Source: an uncultured delta proteobacterium (GTDB taxonomy: Bacteria > Myxococcota_A > Polyangia > Palsa-1104). Taken from it: 64,000 nt of DNA. A model generated the notes under the pieces. The model ran no database searches, was not told the origin of the DNA, and saw only the letters and a list, made by a program, of their open reading frames with translations. The stretch covers positions 160,001-224,000 of the forward strand of contig CAWAWS010000022.1 in the NCBI GenBank assembly GCA_963785725.1, given 5' to 3'. Shown here piece by piece: positions 1 through 9,056 of the stretch (positions are counted from its first letter, which is position 1; each line of letters starts with the position of its first letter). The position numbers and the translations under genes are program-made.

Positions 1-95
1 GCCCACAGCGCCGCCAGCGGATGCAGCGACCACAGCGCCGCAGCGACGGCGATGACCATCGCTTGCGGTCGCAGGGCTTGCCGAGTGGGCGGCAT
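1..95 (-). CDS. Possible 5' end of a secreted/membrane protein running off the left edge
   Basis: ATG at 95 opens MPPTRQALRPQAMVIAVAAALWSLHPLAALW..., open to the edge and signal-peptide-like. Diverges from the AT-rich region at ~355-480. Confidence 0.3.
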   Translation of the reverse strand, partial: MPPTRQALRPQAMVIAVAAALWSLHPLAALW

Positions 96-354
96 CGGGC
101 TCGGCAAACGCTACCACGAGCCGCGTCCGCCTCGGCCGTTCACGGCCCGAGGTCGACGATCGCCTCGATGACCCAGCGGTCGCCGTGGTCGGCGAGGTTG
201 GCGGGCAGCGACGTTGGGCGCCGGCCCGCCGCCGGCACCGCTACCTCACCACCGCCAAACGAGAGCACGCGCTTGCTCATCAGTCGCGTCTCTTTTCGAC
301 ACTCCTCATAAACCGCTAGTCGAGACGAGTGACGCCAGCGGTCCTCGCAATCGT

Positions 355-480
355 CGGAAATAATAATAAATCAATACCGTTATAAACAAATGCCAATAAC
401 TGACTGCACACTGAATTCATCAGTCTCATGGCATGTTTTTTCTCAATTTAACGATTCATTACCGCATGTGGTTGATACGC
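355..480. promoter_or_regulatory. AT-rich divergent promoter region
   Basis: Strongly A/T-rich stretch (aaataataataaatcaataccgttataaacaaatgccaataac...) in GC-rich DNA, directly upstream of the ATG at 488. Confidence 0.45.
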
Positions 481-487
481 TTCACGC

Positions 488-1594
488 ATGAACATCGAAG
501 ACAGCTACGAGGGTGCAGTTCGCCGGATGCAGCGTCTGGAGATGGCCACGATCGCGATGGAAGCGGCGCCGGAAACGGCCGAAGGTCCCGCGGTCGAAGA
601 CGGCGCCGACCGTATGCGCGAGCTCGAGGAGCTGGCCACGCTGGCGTGCGAGGACAACGAGCGCGTCAAGCGCGAGCTCGCGGTCGCGCTGCAAGAGGTC
701 GACAGCGGACGGCAGCAAGTCGAAGGCGCGCGGGTCGAGATGGCGCGCGTGCAGGAGCAGATGACGGGGGCGCTGGCCGAGATCGCGCGCGTCCACGAGG
801 AGCTCCGCGGCGTGCGCGAGGAGAACGGGCAGCTGCGCGGCTATGTCGCGTCGCTGCAGCAGGCGCTGGCGAGCGCGCAGCAGACGGCGAGAACGAGCGC
901 GCCGCAGCAGGCCGAGACGTACGCGCCGGCACCGCAGCAAGCGTTCGCGACGCCGGCGGAGGCGTACGCGCCGCAGCACGCGTTCGCGCAGGCGCCGCAG
1001 CAAGCCTTCGCGCAGGCTCCGCAGCACGCCTTCGCGCAGGCGCCGCAGCAAGTCTTCGCGCAGGCGCCGCAGCAAGCGTTCGCGCAGGCGCCGCAGCACG
1101 CGTTCGCGCAGGCGGCCGAGGACGCAGCCGCGCAGCAGCACGGGTTCGCGCAGGCGTCGCCGTTCGCGGCGGGCTACGCAGACGACGCGGCGCTCGATGA
1201 CGACCTCGACTCGCTGCCGAAGTCGGGCAACAAAGGCGCCTTCTATTTCGTGGTCCTCGCCTCGATCGGCGCGCTCGTCGCCGTGCTGGGCGTGACGCGT
1301 CCGTGGGCGCGACGGTACACGCCGCCGGTGCTCGTCGAGACGCCGCAAACGCCGGCGCCGCCGGTGGTCGTCGCGACGCCGCCGGCACCCAAGGTCGAGC
1401 CGGTCCTCCCCAAGGTCGAGCCGGCGGCGCCGAAGGCGCCGCCCGTCGCTGCTGTGCGCGCGCACCAGCCGCGCGCGGCCAAGGCGTCTGCGGCGCGCAA
1501 GCACGGCAAGCACGGCGCCAAGCACGACTCGGCGTCGGCCAAGACGAGCTCGGTCGACAAGAGCGACGATCCGCTCAGCGGCACCGGCCTGTAG
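488..1594 (+). CDS. Hypothetical bitopic membrane protein: N-terminal coiled coil, APQ(Q/H)AFAQ repeats, one TM helix, Pro/Lys-rich C-terminal tail
   Basis: 368-aa ORF with host-like GC3. Heptad-rich E/Q/L/A segment, TM FYFVVLASIGALVAVLGV, ends in the myxobacterial-style DDPL motif. Confidence 0.8.
   Translation: MNIEDSYEGAVRRMQRLEMATIAMEAAPETAEGPAVEDGADRMRELEELATLACEDNERVKRELAVALQEVDSGRQQVEGARVEMARVQEQMTGALAEIARVHEELRGVREENGQLRGYVASLQQALASAQQTARTSAPQQAETYAPAPQQAFATPAEAYAPQHAFAQAPQQAFAQAPQHAFAQAPQQVFAQAPQQAFAQAPQHAFAQAAEDAAAQQHGFAQASPFAAGYADDAALDDDLDSLPKSGNKGAFYFVVLASIGALVAVLGVTRPWARRYTPPVLVETPQTPAPPVVVATPPAPKVEPVLPKVEPAAPKAPPVAAVRAHQPRAAKASAARKHGKHGAKHDSASAKTSSVDKSDDPLSGTGL
968..1111 (+). 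repeat. Six tandem 24-bp coding repeats (gcgccgcagcaNgcNttcgcgcag; APQ(Q/H)(A/V)FAQ)
   Basis: Directly visible, with degenerate copies on both flanks. Confidence 0.9.
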
Positions 1595-1995
1595 TCGCCG
1601 CCCGGTAGTCGCCGCCCGGCGCCGCCCGGCATCGGCGCCGGCTCGCCGTCGAATCGCGACCCACGCCCGGCTCGATCCCCTCCAATTCGCCCGCAAAAGA
1701 GTCGCTCCCGTCTGGAATGTGCTGCGCAGCGGCGTGCGCGAGCCTCACGCAGGAAGCGCTGGCTGGAGCTGCCGGGATAGTCGCGACGGCCGTGTGGCTC
1801 CGGTCGGCTGCGCGAGGTCGCGCGCTCGACGCGACGTCCAGCTCGCAGCGGTCACGCCAGCAAGCGCGACCAAACCATCGCGGCGAGTGCACCTACAGCT
1901 GCACGCCCGACAGGACGCACCTCGTATCGAGCGCGCGCAGCGATTCACTTTACGTCCAGGCCTCCGCGCGAAGTCTTACGACGGAGAGGGTGGTC

Positions 1996-2886
1996 ATGGA
2001 ATTCAACATGCTCGAGATGCTCACGGCCCAGGTGTTGCCGCCGCACATGAAGACGTTCGGCAAAGGGATCGTGACGGTTCGGGAAGGGCTCAAACGTGAG
2101 ATTGAAAGTCACGCGCCGCTCGGCTCGACGAAGGTCAACATCCTCATCATTTCCGATCTCCTTTACGGCTCGCAGATCGTAAAGCCGCGGGGTATCGACG
2201 ACGAGATCCGCTCGAATCCCGCGTTCGGTCTCGTGAACAGGCTCGCGGAGACCCGCAAGGACATTCTCGCCGGCGGGCTCGCGCCGTTTCTCAATGACTC
2301 GGCGGTGAGCGCGCGCTGGCTGAAGGGCTGCAATGAGCCGACGACGAAGGACCCGGCGAACTTCGACCTGCACGAGCTGTACGCCGAGCTGTCCGAGCTC
2401 TCGCGCGTATCCTGGCGCATCGACCGCACCGTCTTCGCCGGCGCGAAAGTGACCGGCCTCAAGAAAGAGAAGACCAAATACGAGGTCTCGCGCACCTCGT
2501 TGGCGTGGGACAGCAACGACCCGCTGCCGCTGTCCAAGGCCGGCACCTACGATCTCATCGTGATGCGCCGCGGGCTCTGCTACTGCGGTCAATACAAGAA
2601 CGGGAGCGACGCTGCCTGCTGCGGCGCCGCCCGCGGCGACGCCAGCGATGTCGCCTTCTTGAAGAAAATCCGCGCCGCTCTGTGCGAGAACGCGCGCAGC
2701 GCCGCCTATCTGGGCGGCTGGCTCACGGAGGACTCGATTGACTACTGGACGGCGGCGGCCAAGGAAGCTGGCTTCGGCGCCGTCGTGCCTGCTTACGCCG
2801 AGGTGCGCGCGGAGGGCGCGCTCGCTTCGGGAATCTTCGTCAGCCGAGGCCGCGCGCTCTCGGCGAACAAGCTCAAAGTCAAATAG
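1996..2886 (+). CDS. Hypothetical protein with class I SAM-methyltransferase-like C-terminal motifs
   Basis: ATG 1996 follows GGAGAGGG. DPLPLSKAGTYDLIVMRRGLC, FLKKIRAAL...AAYLGG and WTAAAKEAGF resemble motif II/III and the downstream helix of Rossmann MTases. No GxGxG motif I. Confidence 0.7.
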   Translation: MEFNMLEMLTAQVLPPHMKTFGKGIVTVREGLKREIESHAPLGSTKVNILIISDLLYGSQIVKPRGIDDEIRSNPAFGLVNRLAETRKDILAGGLAPFLNDSAVSARWLKGCNEPTTKDPANFDLHELYAELSELSRVSWRIDRTVFAGAKVTGLKKEKTKYEVSRTSLAWDSNDPLPLSKAGTYDLIVMRRGLCYCGQYKNGSDAACCGAARGDASDVAFLKKIRAALCENARSAAYLGGWLTEDSIDYWTAAAKEAGFGAVVPAYAEVRAEGALASGIFVSRGRALSANKLKVK

Positions 2887-2917
2887 TCACAGTTGGCAAG
2901 CAGCTCAGGAGGCGCTC

Positions 2918-4024
2918 ATGTTGATGCGTGGCGGCGACAGCGGCAGTGACAAGATCTCGGAGATGGCGGAGTGGATCAAGGAGCTCTTGCCGCACACCTA
3001 TGTCTGGCGAGCGTCTAAAGCGTTCGTGAATCCCGAGTTTCAACACTCGGTCGGACTGATCATTCAACCGGGCATGCAGAAGACCCTCTCGGGGTTCGTG
3101 CAGCTCCTGTCCAATCCCGTTCAAGTGGCGAACGCCTGGGGTCACACTGCGGTGTTCGTGCGCCAGAAGCGGCAAATCGTGCAGACGATCGGATTCGATC
3201 CCGATCGATTGCGCATGGCTTACGATGTGAGTCACGGAACAGCGGTGGGCGCGGGAAAGACGAGCACGCCCGGCGTCTACTACGACGAAGATCAGATGTT
3301 CAATAGCCCCGATGCGCTGGTGGTCGAGTTCGAAGTCGACGCGGACACTGCCGCGAAAATCGCCGGCGCATTCCCCAAGCCCGGATTTGCCCAGAAGGGC
3401 TCGAAGAGCGAGCTCTCACTCTATTTGACACATCACGGAAAGAAGCTGATCACGAAAGGCACGCAGCATCCCGAGTTCAACGAAGAGACAATGGGCAATT
3501 GCATCGACTTCGTTCAGCGGCTCCTGCAGCAGCACAACTTCGGAATCAAACGCAGCTTCATCAATGACTGCGACTCCAGCCAGGGACAGCTCACGAAGCG
3601 GATCCTGAAAAGAAATATGGATCAGTTTCAGAAGCTCGGCGAAATGCAAATGCGCGTGCGCACGATGCCGAAGGCGCTGCGGGTGTCACGTTGGACCGGG
3701 GGCGTCCTGCGAACGATCAGCGTGACGCGCTGCTCGTTCGAGGTCGTGCGCAATGTTCTGTCCCTCGTCGGCGTGACCGGCTTGGGCAAGGACAATCCCT
3801 ATCTCTGGGAGATCTTGTTCACCGTCTCCCTGATCGTCGATTTTCTCGAGACCGCCCTGCCCCACGGTTCGTGGACGAAGCTGCCGCTGCCGCTCATCGA
3901 GACGATCGTGGCCAACAGCGCGACGATCGCGTTCCTGCTCTCCTTGTACAACGGCCTCGACGGCGGCTGGATGGCGGCGGTGATGAGTATCACGATGCTC
4001 TTCAACCTGACCTTCAGGGACTAG
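2918..4024 (+). CDS. Permuted papain-like (H...NC) thiol enzyme with C-terminal hydrophobic helices
   Basis: ATG 2918 after AGGAGG. WGHTAVFV precedes GNCIDFVQRLL (His-before-Cys order of LRAT/PPPDE-type NlpC/P60 permutants). 3-4 hydrophobic segments at the C-terminus. Confidence 0.7.
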   Translation: MLMRGGDSGSDKISEMAEWIKELLPHTYVWRASKAFVNPEFQHSVGLIIQPGMQKTLSGFVQLLSNPVQVANAWGHTAVFVRQKRQIVQTIGFDPDRLRMAYDVSHGTAVGAGKTSTPGVYYDEDQMFNSPDALVVEFEVDADTAAKIAGAFPKPGFAQKGSKSELSLYLTHHGKKLITKGTQHPEFNEETMGNCIDFVQRLLQQHNFGIKRSFINDCDSSQGQLTKRILKRNMDQFQKLGEMQMRVRTMPKALRVSRWTGGVLRTISVTRCSFEVVRNVLSLVGVTGLGKDNPYLWEILFTVSLIVDFLETALPHGSWTKLPLPLIETIVANSATIAFLLSLYNGLDGGWMAAVMSITMLFNLTFRD

Positions 4025-4136
4025 GCAACGCTCACAACTCAAGACCGGCTGCGCGCTCGCCGCAGCCCACCCTCTTTCGGAAACTCAGCGCCATGCCGCG
4101 ATCTGGCGAACGATCGCGAGCGAGCTAATCTTGCGC

Positions 4137-5408
4137 TTACGGCGCCGCGGATCCCGGCCAACGCAGCTCGGACCAGCGCCGTTGCCTGATCGCGTGCCGA
4201 CTGCGCCAGAGCCCGGTCGCCAAATAGACGATCGCCAAGACGTAGAACGCGCGCGCCGGCATCGAATAGCGCGCGGAAACGACGAGCGCGACGTGAATCG
4301 CCGAGATGAAGAGCGTGACGGCGACCGGCAGCCAACCGTGCTCCGTGTGTCGCCACATGAGCAGCGAGCCTACGAAAAAGAGCGGCAAGAGCCCCAACGT
4401 CACGAGCGGCATCAGCCACGACAAGAGCGGATTGCCGTGTTGCTGCATATGCGCCGAGTACCAGACGCGAATCGGCCGCAACAAGCCGAACGCCGCCGTG
4501 CGCAGCGGATGCTCGGCCATGATCGCCAGGCCGCGCCGCCGCAGCTGCTCGTCGTAGCGCAGGTTGTCGACGACGTCGCAGGCGAGCAGCATGTCGCCCG
4601 CGTCGTGAAAACAGGTGTACTCCATCTCGTCGGGCGACATCGTGAACTGGATCGCCGCTTCGCAGAGGTTGGCGCCCATGTAATTGTGCGCGCCGAGCAG
4701 GAAACGACCGAACGTCACCTCGTTGCGCACCATCCACGGCACGATCGCCAGCCCCACCGCCACCGACGTGATGACGAGGCTGCGCGCGGCCCGCGAACGA
4801 CGCAGCCGCGGCACGATGAGCGCCAACAGCATGAGGAACGGCGGCAGCCCGAGCATGTTCGGCCGCGTGTAACCGGCGATGACGAACGCGGCGATCGCGG
4901 CCGCGAGCCACGCCTTACGTCCCGAGCGCAGATGGGTCACGAGCGCCGCGATGGCCGCCGTCGTCGCAAACGTCGTCAGCGTCTCCGACATGATCGAGAG
5001 GACGTAGAAGATCGCGAACGGATAAAAGGCCCAACAGAACGCGGCCAGCCAGGCGAAGCGGCGATCGTCGGTCAGCGACCAGGCGAGCAAGAACAGCGCG
5101 AGCACGGTGGCGGCGTGCAAGAGCGCGTGCGCCACCACGATCGGCTGCTGGCCCTCCTGCACCGCCGCGACGATGGCCAGGAGCACGGGATAGCCCGGCA
5201 TGCGCTCGAACTCGGGCTTGCGCTCACCCTCGGCGCAGGACGAGTACGCGTGATGATGCAGCAGGTTGTCGGCGAGCCGCTGATAACGAATCGAGTCGCC
5301 TTCGACGATGACGTGATGCCGTCCCGCCGCGACGCAGAGCAGGAACGCCGCCGCCGCGATGACGAGCGCGACGCCGAAGGGCGGCGACTTCCACGGCGCC
5401 GACGTCAC
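4137..5408 (-). CDS. ArnT/PMT-like (GT-C, GT39/GT83-like) integral membrane glycosyltransferase
   Basis: GTG start overlaps the NUDIX stop (GTGA). Motifs GDSIRY..LA.NL, R.PGYP, IMSETL, TRPN, PWMVRN, ARY..P, with many TM segments. Confidence 0.85.
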   Translation of the reverse strand: MTSAPWKSPPFGVALVIAAAAFLLCVAAGRHHVIVEGDSIRYQRLADNLLHHHAYSSCAEGERKPEFERMPGYPVLLAIVAAVQEGQQPIVVAHALLHAATVLALFLLAWSLTDDRRFAWLAAFCWAFYPFAIFYVLSIMSETLTTFATTAAIAALVTHLRSGRKAWLAAAIAAFVIAGYTRPNMLGLPPFLMLLALIVPRLRRSRAARSLVITSVAVGLAIVPWMVRNEVTFGRFLLGAHNYMGANLCEAAIQFTMSPDEMEYTCFHDAGDMLLACDVVDNLRYDEQLRRRGLAIMAEHPLRTAAFGLLRPIRVWYSAHMQQHGNPLLSWLMPLVTLGLLPLFFVGSLLMWRHTEHGWLPVAVTLFISAIHVALVVSARYSMPARAFYVLAIVYLATGLWRSRHAIRQRRWSELRWPGSAAP

Positions 5409-6019
5409 GAGCGAACGACCGGCGTCGGCGTGAACAGCCCGAGCGCAAAGCCGTGCAGTTCGGCGCTGGCCAACGCGCCGACATGCAGCTGATGGATGAA
5501 GCTGCCGTCGAGGATACGCGCGCGCAGCTCGTTCGGCGTCACGAATGCCACGCTCATGCCCGGCTCGCACACGAAGCCCGGCGCCGGCTCCGACGCGTCG
5601 ACCGCGAACACGTGCAGGCGATTCTCGAGACGACCGGTGTCGGGGTAAAAGCTGCCGATCTTCTCGATGCGGTTGGCGACGAGCCCGACCTCCTCGAGCA
5701 GCTCGCGACGGCAGCACTCCTCGGCGCGCTCGCCCGCGTCGAGCAGACCGGCCGGCAATTCCCACGTCTCGACGCCGACGGCCGGGCGAAACTGCGACAC
5801 GATGGGAATGCGCCCCGACGGCATGCGCGCCACGATCGTGACGTAATCGGCCTGCGCCAGGCAGTGATAGCGCTCGATGGGCGCGCCGGGCGCAAACTCG
5901 ACGCTGTTCTCGACGAGACGCAGCCACGGCGAGATGCGCGACTCCGTTCGCTCGACGATCCGGGCCAAAGTGGAATCACACTGCGAAACGCGGCGGCGCT
6001 TGTCAAGCCTTCGACGCAT
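5405..6019 (-). CDS. NUDIX hydrolase (ADP-ribose/nucleotide-sugar pyrophosphatase-like)
   Basis: SQFRP and Nudix box WELPAGLLDAGERAEECCRRELLEEVG. True start may be further in (TTG ~5968). Confidence 0.9.
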   Translation of the reverse strand: MRRRLDKRRRVSQCDSTLARIVERTESRISPWLRLVENSVEFAPGAPIERYHCLAQADYVTIVARMPSGRIPIVSQFRPAVGVETWELPAGLLDAGERAEECCRRELLEEVGLVANRIEKIGSFYPDTGRLENRLHVFAVDASEPAPGFVCEPGMSVAFVTPNELRARILDGSFIHQLHVGALASAELHGFALGLFTPTPVVRS

Positions 6020-6073
6020 CGCGTTTGACCCTGGAAATTTGAATTGTTAGAGTCCCGCCGGCTACTAAACCGA

Positions 6074-7303
6074 ATGGCGAAATCGACTCAAGAGGTGGCG
6101 GTGAAACACGACGTCTGTGTCGTCGGCGGAGCGGGCCATGTCGGCGCGCCGCTGGCGTTGGTTCTGGCGCAACATGGCTTTCGCACGCTGATTTACGACG
6201 TCAATCGCGCGGCGCTGGAGACGTTGTCGCAAGGTCGCATGCCCTTCCAAGAGGAGGGTGGCGAAGAGCTGCTGCGCGAGGTCCTGCCGACCGGGAAGCT
6301 GAGCTTTTCGGCCGATATTCACGACATCGCGCACGTGCCCAACATCATCTTGACGATCGGGACGCCGATCGACGAGTTCCACAATCCGATGCTGCGCGTC
6401 GTGCTCGACTGCGTCGACACGCTCTTGCCGCACCTCGACGACGAGCAGACGCTCATCTTGCGCTCGACGGTGTTTCCGGGCGTGACCGATCACGTCGACC
6501 GCTATTTGCGGCAGCGCAACAAGAAGACCAAGGTCGCGTTCTGCCCCGAGCGCGTCGTGCAAGGCTACAGCATTCGCGAGCTGCAGACGTTGCCGCAGGT
6601 TGTCAGCGGCACGACGCCGGCCGCGCAAGAGACGGCGGCGCAGCTGTTCGCGACGATCGCGCCGCAGATCGTGCGCATGGTGCCGAAAGAGGCGGAGTTC
6701 GCCAAGCTCTTCAGCAACGCCTATCGCTACATTCAGTTCGCGGCGACGAATCAGTTCTACATGATGGTGGAAGCGGCCGGGCTCGACTATCACCGGCTGC
6801 TCGAAGGCCTCAAAGCCGACTATCCGCGCATGCGCGACCTGCCGGGACCGGGTTTGTCGGCCGGTCCGTGCCTCTATAAAGATACGTTGCAGCTGGCGGC
6901 GTTCGCCAATCATCAGTTCGCGCTCGGTTACGCGGCCATGCAGATCAACGAAGGGCTGCCGCAGTTCCTCGTCGGTCAGCTGGCGGAGCGGCACAACTTG
7001 AACGAGCTGACCGTCGGCCTGCTCGGCATGGCGTTCAAGGCCGAGAGCGACGACATCCGCTCGTCGCTGAGCTACAAGCTGAAGAAGCTGCTGCAGTTTC
7101 ACGCGCGCAACGTCATCACGACCGATCCCTACGTGAAGAACGATCCCGACCTCTTGCCGCTCGAAGACGTGCTGGCCAAGAGCGACGTGCTCGTCGTCTG
7201 CGTGCCGCACATGCCGTACAAGAGCCTCGACTTGAGCGGCAAGATCGTCGTCGACATGTGGAACATCTATCGCAAGCAGGCTGCGGCGCGTCCGCAGTCG
7301 TGA
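6074..7303 (+). CDS. Nucleotide-sugar dehydrogenase (UDP-Glc/GDP-Man/UDP-ManNAc dehydrogenase family)
   Basis: GGAGHVG Rossmann motif, LRSTVFPG, FCPERV, AEFAKL..NAYR, catalytic GPCLYKD, GMAFKAESDDIRSS. Alternative start GTG 6101. Confidence 0.95.
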   Translation: MAKSTQEVAVKHDVCVVGGAGHVGAPLALVLAQHGFRTLIYDVNRAALETLSQGRMPFQEEGGEELLREVLPTGKLSFSADIHDIAHVPNIILTIGTPIDEFHNPMLRVVLDCVDTLLPHLDDEQTLILRSTVFPGVTDHVDRYLRQRNKKTKVAFCPERVVQGYSIRELQTLPQVVSGTTPAAQETAAQLFATIAPQIVRMVPKEAEFAKLFSNAYRYIQFAATNQFYMMVEAAGLDYHRLLEGLKADYPRMRDLPGPGLSAGPCLYKDTLQLAAFANHQFALGYAAMQINEGLPQFLVGQLAERHNLNELTVGLLGMAFKAESDDIRSSLSYKLKKLLQFHARNVITTDPYVKNDPDLLPLEDVLAKSDVLVVCVPHMPYKSLDLSGKIVVDMWNIYRKQAAARPQS

Positions 7304-8328
7304 GCCTGCCGGTGCGCGTGGCCGTCATCGGCGGCGGCTTCGGCCAGCAGGTGCACGTGCCCGCGTTTCGCCGCGACGAGCGCGCGCGCGTGGAGCTCTT
7401 GTGCGTGTCGACCGAGGCGCGAGCGCGCGAACGCGCCGAACGCTTGGGCATCGCGCGCGCGTCGGGCGATTGGCGCGCCGTCGTCGGCGACGGGCAGATC
7501 GACGCGGTGGCCTTGAGCTTGCCGCCGGCGCTGCAGGCCGAAGTCGCGATCGCGGCCGCACGCGCGGGCAAACACGTGTTCGCCGAGAAGCCGCTGGCGA
7601 TGCACGCCGACGAAGGCGCGCCGATCGTGACCGCGCTGCAGGCGAGCGGCTGCGTCGGCGGCATCGACTTCGAGTTTCGCGAGCTTCCGGCGTGGCAGCG
7701 CGCCCGGCAGCTCATGTCCGACGGCGTCATCGGTCGGCTGCGGCAGGTCTACGTCGACTGGCGCGTCGAGACGTTCGCCTATCGCGACGCGCGGCCGAGC
7801 TGGAAGCGCGAGCGCGCGGCCGGCGGCGGCACGCTGAACCTGTTCGCTTCGCACTCGGTCGACGCCATCGCCTGGCTGGTCGGGCCGGTGTCGCGGGTCG
7901 CGGCGCGGTTGACGTCGTTGCGCGCGGGCGAAGCCGAGTCGCGCGTCGACGCTTGGCTGACCGCGGGTGATACGCCGGTGACGCTGGCCATCGCCGCCGA
8001 TGCGACCGGCGCCAACGAGCATCGCCTGACGTTTTACGGCGACGAAGGCGCGCTGACGCTCGAGAATCGGCTGAACGACTATGCCAACGGCTTTACGCTG
8101 ACGATCGATCGACGCGGCCAGCCGCGGCAGACGATCGACGTGCCGGCGGTCGAGCCCGAAGTCGACGGGCGCATCTGGGCCGTCGGCCGGCTCGTGCGTC
8201 GCTTCGTCGACGCCATCGTCGACGGCACGCCGCTTACGCCGAGCATCGCCGACGGGCTCGGCGCGCAGCGCATCATCGACGCCATGCGAGAGGCACATCG
8301 GACGGGACAATGGCAGAACCTCAGCTAG
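7300..8328 (+). CDS. Gfo/Idh/MocA family oxidoreductase
   Basis: VAVIGGGFG, GKHVFAEKPLA, GGGTL..FASH..D. GTG start overlaps the upstream TGA. Confidence 0.92.
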   Translation: MSLPVRVAVIGGGFGQQVHVPAFRRDERARVELLCVSTEARARERAERLGIARASGDWRAVVGDGQIDAVALSLPPALQAEVAIAAARAGKHVFAEKPLAMHADEGAPIVTALQASGCVGGIDFEFRELPAWQRARQLMSDGVIGRLRQVYVDWRVETFAYRDARPSWKRERAAGGGTLNLFASHSVDAIAWLVGPVSRVAARLTSLRAGEAESRVDAWLTAGDTPVTLAIAADATGANEHRLTFYGDEGALTLENRLNDYANGFTLTIDRRGQPRQTIDVPAVEPEVDGRIWAVGRLVRRFVDAIVDGTPLTPSIADGLGAQRIIDAMREAHRTGQWQNLS

Positions 8329-9056
8329 ACATCGTCATCCCGGTCTACAACGAAGGCGCCGCCATCGGTGACGTCCTGCGTTCGCTGGCCGATCACGTGC
8401 GCACGCCGTTTCGCGTGCTCATTTGCTACGACCGCGACGAAGACGACACCTTGCCGGCGCTGGCGCCCTTCGAAGCGCGCGGCATGCCGATCGTGCGCGT
8501 CAAGAATCGCGGCCGCGGCGCGTTCGGCGCCGTCGTCACCGGTTTCGAGGAGAGCCGCGCGCCGGCCGTGCTCGTCTTCCCCGCCGACGACGACTACAAC
8601 GCGCCGCGCCTCGACGCGATGGTCGCCAAGATGAACGAAGGCTACGACATCGTGTGCGCCAGCCGCTTCATCCCCGGCGGCCGCATGGTCGGCTGCCCGC
8701 CGCTCAAAGCGGCCATCGTGCGCAGCTCGGCGCTCGTGCTGCATCATGTGGCGCGCCTGCCGTCGCACGATTCGTCGAACGGCTTTCGCCTGTTTTCGCG
8801 GCGCGTCCTGCAGACCATCCCGCTCGAATCGACCGAAGGCTTCACCTACAGCATCGAGCTCTTGGTCAAAGCGCATCGGCTCGGCTGGCGCATCGGCGAA
8901 GTGGCCGTCGAGTGGTTCGAGCGCAAAGCGGGAAAGAGTCGCTTTCAAGTCATCGGTTGGCTACCGTCCTACTTCACCTGGTTCGCTTACGCCTTTGAAA
9001 CGACGTATCTGCGCCGCGGTCCGAGCAGCGTGCGACGTCGGGAGATCCTCACGTGA
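8310..9056 (+). CDS. Glycosyltransferase family 2, DPM-synthase/ArnC-like polyprenyl-phosphate glycosyltransferase
   Basis: IVIPVYNE, PADDD (DxD), GYDIVCASRFIPGG, DSSNGFRLFSR, ERKAGKS. Confidence 0.92.
   Translation: MAEPQLDIVIPVYNEGAAIGDVLRSLADHVRTPFRVLICYDRDEDDTLPALAPFEARGMPIVRVKNRGRGAFGAVVTGFEESRAPAVLVFPADDDYNAPRLDAMVAKMNEGYDIVCASRFIPGGRMVGCPPLKAAIVRSSALVLHHVARLPSHDSSNGFRLFSRRVLQTIPLESTEGFTYSIELLVKAHRLGWRIGEVAVEWFERKAGKSRFQVIGWLPSYFTWFAYAFETTYLRRGPSSVRRREILT

Noticed and set aside
140..280. 46-codon minus-strand ORF MSKRVLSFGGGEV...
   Set aside because: Short, no recognisable motif, and no well-spaced RBS.
968..1111. 24-bp tandem repeats as a CRISPR array
   Set aside because: No unique spacers, the repeats are in-frame coding units, and there are no cas genes in the window.
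1591..1630. GTAGTCGCCGCCCG x2 plus partial copies after the stop codon
   Set aside because: Short local slippage duplication in GC-rich DNA with no evidence of function.
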